Part shown: positions 29,832 to 34,616 of the stretch, piece by piece
Numbering within the stretch: the stretch's first letter is position 1
How the letters are laid out: the number at the start of each line of letters is the position of its first letter
From: an uncultured Bacilli bacterium
Lineage (GTDB): Bacteria; Bacillota_I; Bacilli_A; RF39; UBA660
DNA: 34,616 bases
Reading direction: 5' to 3'
Assembly (NCBI GenBank): GCA_947626445.1
Contig: CANQSC010000003.1
Coordinates: 1 to 34,616, forward strand
Made by a program: the position numbers and the translations under genes
The notes under the pieces: generated by a model
The model's database searches: none
What the model was told of the DNA's origin: nothing
Seen by the model: the letters and a program-made list of their open reading frames with translations, nothing else

Positions 29832-29999
29832 ATAACAAAGACCTATACTCACAAAGAATATAGGTCTAGAGTAAAGGTAGGTCTCCCAGTTCCTACATGT
29901 ATTCTTTCAGATTAACTTACTCAAACTTGTTACCAAGTGTAGTGCAAGAAGAATAATTTACACCCTCTTTACTAATATCAAATAATTTTTTACTTTGAT
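29832..29999 (-). ncRNA. Candidate structured small RNA (~165 nt), family unidentified
   Basis: Own promoter TTGAAA-18-TATAAT (30034-30005), several stems including one with a GTAA tetraloop, and a terminator-like hairpin at 29839-29867. Confidence 0.5.
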
Positions 30000-30059
30000 A
30001 TACTATTATAAACACACTATTTTTATTTTTTCAAATATAACCAAATGTTAGTAAGCAAA

Positions 30060-30084
30060 GCGGGGTCCGCAGGCGACCCTCCGT
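30060..30084 (-). other. GC-rich imperfect hairpin just downstream of paralog 3 (possible DGR target-recognition hairpin)
   Basis: GGGTC-GCCTGCG-GACCC within an unusually GC-rich tail, with no U-tract. Confidence 0.4.
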
Positions 30085-30093
30085 CCAACGAAC

Positions 30094-31505
30094 CTAACTC
30101 GCAAGCTCAGTTTTATATGGCGTCCCTTTTTCACCGTTACCGTCTATTATTTTTACTGACGATGATAGATATGCGACTGGCTGAACCCCGTAAGCATTGC
30201 CCGCGCGGTAGTCGCTGACATAGCCAGACGAAAGCACAAGGAACACATCGGAAGCATCAGTAGAATCCGGCGATGGTGTCATTGTCCATGAATAACCACT
30301 ACTTGGTTTTAACCAATCATTATCTTTACAACTTCCACTATTATATTTATTCATACTTTTTCCTAAACATGTTTCTCTTACTTCTCCTCCTACTGCATAC
30401 CCAAAGTCACTTGCATACATTAATCCTATATTTCCTTCCCATGTTGTGGTTCTTTCTACTTCATCATTACAATCTGTTCCTCTATAACTTGAACATAGTT
30501 CCTTTCCATTATGACTTCCTCTTTCTGCTTCATATGTTGCTTTTGCTGTCCATTCTGAATCATTATAAGTTGCAAATGTTCCTGTATTCCATCTTACTTT
30601 TGCTATTTTGTTCTTTGCTTCTTCACTTATTCCACTACTTTATTTACTTCATTTTTACCGCTATAACAACTTCCACTTCCTCTGTTCCAATACAAACTTC
30701 CTCCGATTGTTGGTGTTCCACTATATACGGTATTGGGATTTAATAATTTCATTACATCTGCCTCGCTCCACTCATTTACTCCATAACCATTATTTATTCC
30801 TGATGCACTACTATCCCAACTATAATTTCCTATACTTTCTTCTCTTATTATTTTTACCAAACTTTCTTGTTGTCCTCCATTATCTATATTGGTTATGTTA
30901 TTCATGACTCCTATGATTCGCCATAATATTGGATTACCATTACTATCTCTATCTCCTATATCTATATAGTTATTTACTGTTTCATTTGCTCCTACATATC
31001 TTATATTTGCGTCACTTGTATCATCAACCCATAAATTTGTTGTATCTAAATTGGCATTAGTTTTGATACACTCTGATGCTCCTGCTCCGGATTGTCCACA
31101 TTTTACAACTGCTTCATCATAAGTAGGAACATATTCTTCAAAATGCAAACTACATTTAGTCTTTACTTTGTTTAAACCTTTTACTAATGGAGCCCATTCT
31201 TCACTATTCCATTCGACACTTGCTCCATTATCACATTCAGCGTAGTCAAATACTAAATTTTCTTCATTATCTTTCTGAGGCATTTCTTCTAATTCTTTAT
31301 CACCATGATAAAAAGCAAAATAAATATCACTATTACCAAAGTAATCTACTTTTCCATTCATAATAGGAAACTCTGCACTTTCCGAAAAGGACGCAAAGGT
31401 TTTGTATAGAAGTAATGATACACTTACTAATACTATTACACTTATACTTATTAAAATAATTTTTCTTTTTTTCTTGCTCTTATCCTCATATTTTTCTAGC
31501 TTCAT
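30094..31505 (-). pseudogene. Surface protein paralog 3, frameshifted at ~30640: shared N-terminal module plus a different (DUF6273-like) C-terminal domain
   Basis: The first ~125 aa match paralogs 1 and 2, followed by LWRIIG and VKII. After the frame change come SSGISEEAKNKIAKVRWNTG...IGLMYASD...WTMTP...GVQPVAYL...GNGEKGTPY. Confidence 0.8.
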
Positions 31506-31528
31506 ATAATCACCCTATTCTTAGAGTA

Positions 31529-31560
31529 ATTATAGCAACTAACCCCCCCCCCTAAGTCAA
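31529..31560 (-). promoter_or_regulatory. Poly-G (G10) spacer promoter of paralog 3, predicted phase variable
   Basis: TTGACT 31560-31555, G10 31552-31543, TG-C-TATAAT (31534-31529), 20-bp spacer. Confidence 0.78.
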
Positions 31561-31570
31561 GTGGTAAATG

Positions 31571-31595
31571 AAAAAAACACTAGTATTTTAGTGTT
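31571..31595 (-). terminator. Intrinsic terminator after jag
   Basis: AACACTA/TAGTGTT stem followed by a T run on the minus strand. Confidence 0.6.
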
Positions 31596-32181
31596 ATTCT
31601 TTATCAACGGATTTTATAACAACATGTCTATTAGGTTCTACTCCTACACTTTCTGTTGCTACTCCTTTAAAGTTTGTTAATTTATTATGAATTATTCTTC
31701 TTTCAAAAGAATTCATGTTTTCAAGTTCGGCATCAACTTTTGTTGCTCTTACTTCTTTGGCTACTTTAATTGCTAATCTTTCTAAATTATCAATTCTTCT
31801 TTCTTTGTAGTTTTCAACATCTAGAATTATTTTTGGACTAAATCCCCAATCTAATTTTACTTTGTTTTTAACTAAAGTTTCTAAGGCTTTTAAGGTTTGA
31901 CCATTTTTGCCTATTAAGATAGGATTATTATTAGAATACATTGTTATATTAATTGTTTCTTCTCTAACATTAGATTCAAAATTTACAAGAAGTCCTAAAT
32001 GTTCTAGAACATCGCTTAAATAATTTTCAATATCTTCAACTAATTGATTAAATGAGATTGCTTTAATATTAAAACTATTATCATCTTCTTTAGTTTTAGA
32101 ATAAACAATATTTTCGGTTCCTAAAATATTTTTAGCTTCTTCTAGTGCTTCTAATAATGTCTTTCCTTTAGTTTCAATCAT
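31594..32181 (-). CDS. jag: Jag/EloR (KhpB) RNA-binding protein, KH and R3H domains
   Basis: LIGKNGQTLKALE, LDVENY, FERRIIH and SVGVEPNR; synteny with yidC. Confidence 0.93.
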   Translation of the reverse strand: MIETKGKTLLEALEEAKNILGTENIVYSKTKEDDNSFNIKAISFNQLVEDIENYLSDVLEHLGLLVNFESNVREETINITMYSNNNPILIGKNGQTLKALETLVKNKVKLDWGFSPKIILDVENYKERRIDNLERLAIKVAKEVRATKVDAELENMNSFERRIIHNKLTNFKGVATESVGVEPNRHVVIKSVDKE

Positions 32182-32186
32182 ATATA

Positions 32187-33194
32187 CTACCTTCTTTCTT
32201 TTTTCTTGGTTTTAACCTCTACTATTCTTTTTTCTTTTTGAGCATCTTTTTCTAAAACTTTTTTAACTATAAAGTTTTGAACTACGGCAAAACCATTGGT
32301 TACAATCCAGTAAAAGGCAATGGCTGTTGGTAAATTAAATGAAGCAATTGAAATACTGATTATCATAAATTTAAACATGAAATTCATTTGTTTCATCATT
32401 TCATCATTACCATTATTTTGAGTCATTGAATGTTTAAAAGAAACATAAGTTGTAACAATTATTAAGAATATTAAAATGATATAAATATATTGTCCTTGGC
32501 TGATACCTTTCCATGGGGTTGTTCCAAGTTGCATGCCAAATAGTGAACCTTCAAAAATAGCTGGTACTTTATTAATAGCATCTAAGAAAGCAAAGAATAA
32601 AGGTATTTGAATTAAGGCAACTAAGCATCCTGATACAGGGTTAATTTTATATTTTTGATAAACAAGCATCATTTCTTGACTTTTAGCCATCATGGAAGCA
32701 TTGTCAGTTTTGTTAGCATATTTTTTTTCAATTTTAGCTATTTCTGGTTGGGCTTTTTGAATGTTAGCTGATTGTCTCATACTTTTAATTGATAAAGGTA
32801 ATAAGATAAATCTAATTAATAAACCAACAATCATTACGGAAATACCAAAGTTATTAACTAAAAAACCTAATTTTAAAATTACTAAGGCTATTGGTCTAAC
32901 TAATAAAGTTTGCCATAATCCACTGTATTTATTAGTGCCTAAGTTAAATTCTTGACAAGTTGGTAATTCTTCTAATTTAACATCTAATTGGTCATTATGT
33001 TCTTCATAAATTCGATATAATTCACTATCTTCTTTTGGTTTACATAAGATATCTTTTCTAACACTTTGACCAGTTTCAGAGTTAGTAATTAATCTTCCTT
33101 CACTATCTTGTAAATAATCTTTAGCTCCACAGCCACTTGTTAGTAATAAAATACTTATTAAGATGAGTCCTAAGATTTTGTTTTTTCTTTTCAT
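32187..33194 (-). CDS. yidC: Membrane protein insertase YidC (lipoprotein)
   Basis: Lipobox LTSGC, IRFILLPL, QPEI, GCLVALIQIP and AFYW. Confidence 0.93.
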   Translation of the reverse strand: MKRKNKILGLILISILLLTSGCGAKDYLQDSEGRLITNSETGQSVRKDILCKPKEDSELYRIYEEHNDQLDVKLEELPTCQEFNLGTNKYSGLWQTLLVRPIALVILKLGFLVNNFGISVMIVGLLIRFILLPLSIKSMRQSANIQKAQPEIAKIEKKYANKTDNASMMAKSQEMMLVYQKYKINPVSGCLVALIQIPLFFAFLDAINKVPAIFEGSLFGMQLGTTPWKGISQGQYIYIILIFLIIVTTYVSFKHSMTQNNGNDEMMKQMNFMFKFMIISISIASFNLPTAIAFYWIVTNGFAVVQNFIVKKVLEKDAQKEKRIVEVKTKKKERR

Positions 33195-33520
33195 AAGTTT
33201 GTCCTTTCTAATAATGATTTAAAACTTTCTTCTAATTCTTGAAAACTAATTTTACTTGTGTTTTCTTTCATTATTATAATATAATCCTTATCAGTTCTCA
33301 ACTGATTTTTGTATTTATCTAGGATGATGCGCATTCTTCTTTTGCATTTATTTCTCATAACGGCATTACCAAGTTTTTTAGAGACCGCTATACCAAAATG
33401 AGGATAATTAAATTTGCTTTCCTTATTATATAAGACAAAATTTTTATTTTTGATGTAGTTTTGAGTTTCTATTATGTTAGTGAAGTCTTGATGTTTTTTA
33501 ACCATTTCGTGTTTTTTCAA
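33191..33520 (-). CDS. rnpA: Ribonuclease P protein component
   Basis: FGIAVSKKLGNAVMRNKCKRRMR (RNR motif). Confidence 0.95.
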   Translation of the reverse strand: MKKHEMVKKHQDFTNIIETQNYIKNKNFVLYNKESKFNYPHFGIAVSKKLGNAVMRNKCKRRMRIILDKYKNQLRTDKDYIIIMKENTSKISFQELEESFKSLLERTNL

Positions 33521-33566
33521 AATTATCCTCTCCTTAATATTAAAAAGTCCACATTAAAAAATGTGG

Positions 33567-33689
33567 TTACTTACATAATCTTTTGCGACCTTTTTGTCTT
33601 CTGGTTTTTAAAATGTTTGTTTCTTTACGAGCAAAAAAACCATGTTTCTTTTTCATTTTTCTTTTATTTGGTTGATATGTTCTTTTCAT
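33567..33689 (-). CDS. rpmH: 50S ribosomal protein L34 (40 aa; not in the ORF track)
   Basis: Manual translation [40 protein letters not shown]; RBS AAGGAGG. Confidence 0.95.
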   Translation of the reverse strand: MKRTYQPNKRKMKKKHGFFARKETNILKTRRQKGRKRLCK

Positions 33690-33720
33690 CTAGAATCCCT
33701 CCTTTTTTTAAGTCTTACCT

Positions 33721-33750
33721 ATTATAATATTAAGATTGGGAAAAAGTCAA
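33721..33750 (-). promoter_or_regulatory. rpmH promoter
   Basis: TTGACT-18-TATAAT. Confidence 0.6.
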
Positions 33751-33783
33751 CTTAAAATGGCTTTTGTGGACAGTCATTTGGAT

Positions 33784-34491
33784 TTATTTTTTTTTGATTA
33801 AGTTAAGTTTGTTTTCATATTCTGTCATTTCTTTTTCGATTTGTTCAAGGTCTTTTAGGGATGCTCTTTTTAATAAATAAAAAGGACTAATTAGTAACAT
33901 TGTACCTAAACAAAAGATTAAAGTATCAAAAATATTTTTAGATTTTGTTTCCTTATTATATAGATATGTGGATTTTTCTTTATTTAAAATTTGAACATTG
34001 TAGGTTGGATAATTTTCTTGTTCATTAATATTATTAACATATTCAACATATTCACATTCTTTAGTTAAAGTATTATTTAATAAGGTTGGATTAGAAAGTA
34101 ATTTTCTAATATCTTCTTCATCTTGATTGGTATAGGAATAAGTATAGTGAATTTTTTGATACATACCATTATTTATAGGTTCATATGGAGTATTATATTC
34201 TAATAATAATTTTAAATCTTTTTCTTCATCATATTGATTAGTAAAATCTAAAACTGGTTTAGAATGTTCATTTTGTTCGTTAAAGGTTTCAATTGCTGGG
34301 ATAAATGTTTTAATTATATCTTGTTTAAAAGGTGTTATATTTGTTGAACTAAAAAAATAATATAAAGATATAATCGCGCCTATTTGAGTTGCTGTAGAAA
34401 AATTTTTAACAAAGTTTGTCTTACTTTTTTGTTTTTTTAATTGTTCTAATTTGAGTTTATAATATTCTAATTCATTTTTTGTATTATTCAT
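33784..34491 (-). CDS. Hypothetical membrane protein (two TMs flanking an extracellular domain)
   Basis: Hydrophobic segments QIGAIISLYYFF and TLIFCLGTMLLISPFYLL. Confidence 0.7.
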   Translation of the reverse strand: MNNTKNELEYYKLKLEQLKKQKSKTNFVKNFSTATQIGAIISLYYFFSSTNITPFKQDIIKTFIPAIETFNEQNEHSKPVLDFTNQYDEEKDLKLLLEYNTPYEPINNGMYQKIHYTYSYTNQDEEDIRKLLSNPTLLNNTLTKECEYVEYVNNINEQENYPTYNVQILNKEKSTYLYNKETKSKNIFDTLIFCLGTMLLISPFYLLKRASLKDLEQIEKEMTEYENKLNLIKKK

Positions 34492-34540
34492 AATCTTGCC
34501 TCTTTCATTAATTTAATTATAATTGATTGGTTTTAAGAAT

Positions 34541-34616
34541 GTCAAGAACCACGCAATAAATTACGTGGCTTGTTCTAGGTGCTGAAAGCACATTTAGTGA
34601 GTAAACTCACCCAACT
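34541..34616. mobile_element. IS200/IS605-superfamily (TnpB/IscB-type) element end or omegaRNA scaffold fragment, truncated by the window edge
   Basis: GTCAAGAACCACGCAATAAATTACGTGGCTTG subterminal hairpin, followed by GTGCT-GAA-AGCAC and GTGAGT-AA-ACTCAC hairpins and a GC jump. Confidence 0.55.

Noticed and set aside
29870-29975. Known riboswitch (cobalamin, lysine, FMN, TPP) or 6S RNA
   Set aside because: Only fragmentary resemblance (e.g. GGGAGACCTAC); core motifs are absent and mnmE has its own promoter. Left as an unidentified RNA.
33545-33570. DnaA-box-like words between rpmH and rnpA as oriC
   Set aside because: Better explained as arms of a small CCACATT/AATGTGG hairpin; too few and too degenerate.
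1887-33727. Short plus-strand ORFs in the track (1887, 4561, 5069, 5353, 5393, 6086, 8185, 15696, 18700, 24895, 28673, 29018, 30273, 30608, 32761, 33461)
   Set aside because: They are antisense shadows of well-supported minus-strand genes, with no RBS or recognisable motifs.
1-34616. DGR reverse transcriptase, template repeat or Avd within the window
   Set aside because: No RT motifs occur in any ORF and no AAY-rich noncoding copy of the tips was found in the intergenic regions.
1-34616. CRISPR array, tRNA or rRNA genes
   Set aside because: No regularly spaced repeats, cloverleaf or rRNA-like sequence seen.

Overview
Very AT-rich Bacillota DNA, probably an uncultured gut Bacilli lineage such as RF39 (taxonomy is an inference). 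Almost all genes are on the minus strand. The backbone is the usually origin-proximal cluster rpmH-rnpA-yidC-jag-mnmE-mnmG-rsmG, plus copA, trxB, two Amidase_3 genes and a DUF2974-type hydrolase. Two accessory systems stand out. (1) A dispersed family of surface proteins shares one ~125-aa N-terminal module: three copies lie in the window, two of them broken, and a fourth probably starts just off the left edge. Their C-terminal domains have abruptly GC-rich tips resembling diversity-generating retroelement (DGR) variable regions, but no RT or template repeat is in the window. Three loci carry a promoter with a G10 tract in an over-long 20-bp spacer, predicted to be phase variable. The remaining copy has a 17-bp promoter overlapped by palindromic operators next to a divergent XRE regulator. 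(2) A compact type VII secretion locus follows rsmG: essC, esaB, divergent WXG100-like genes, and three large non-LXG putative effectors that share an N-terminal leader but end in a zinc metalloprotease, a phosphodiester glycosidase or a papain-like protease domain. There is also a candidate ~165-nt structured sRNA upstream of mnmE and an IS200/IS605-like (TnpB/IscB) end at the right edge.
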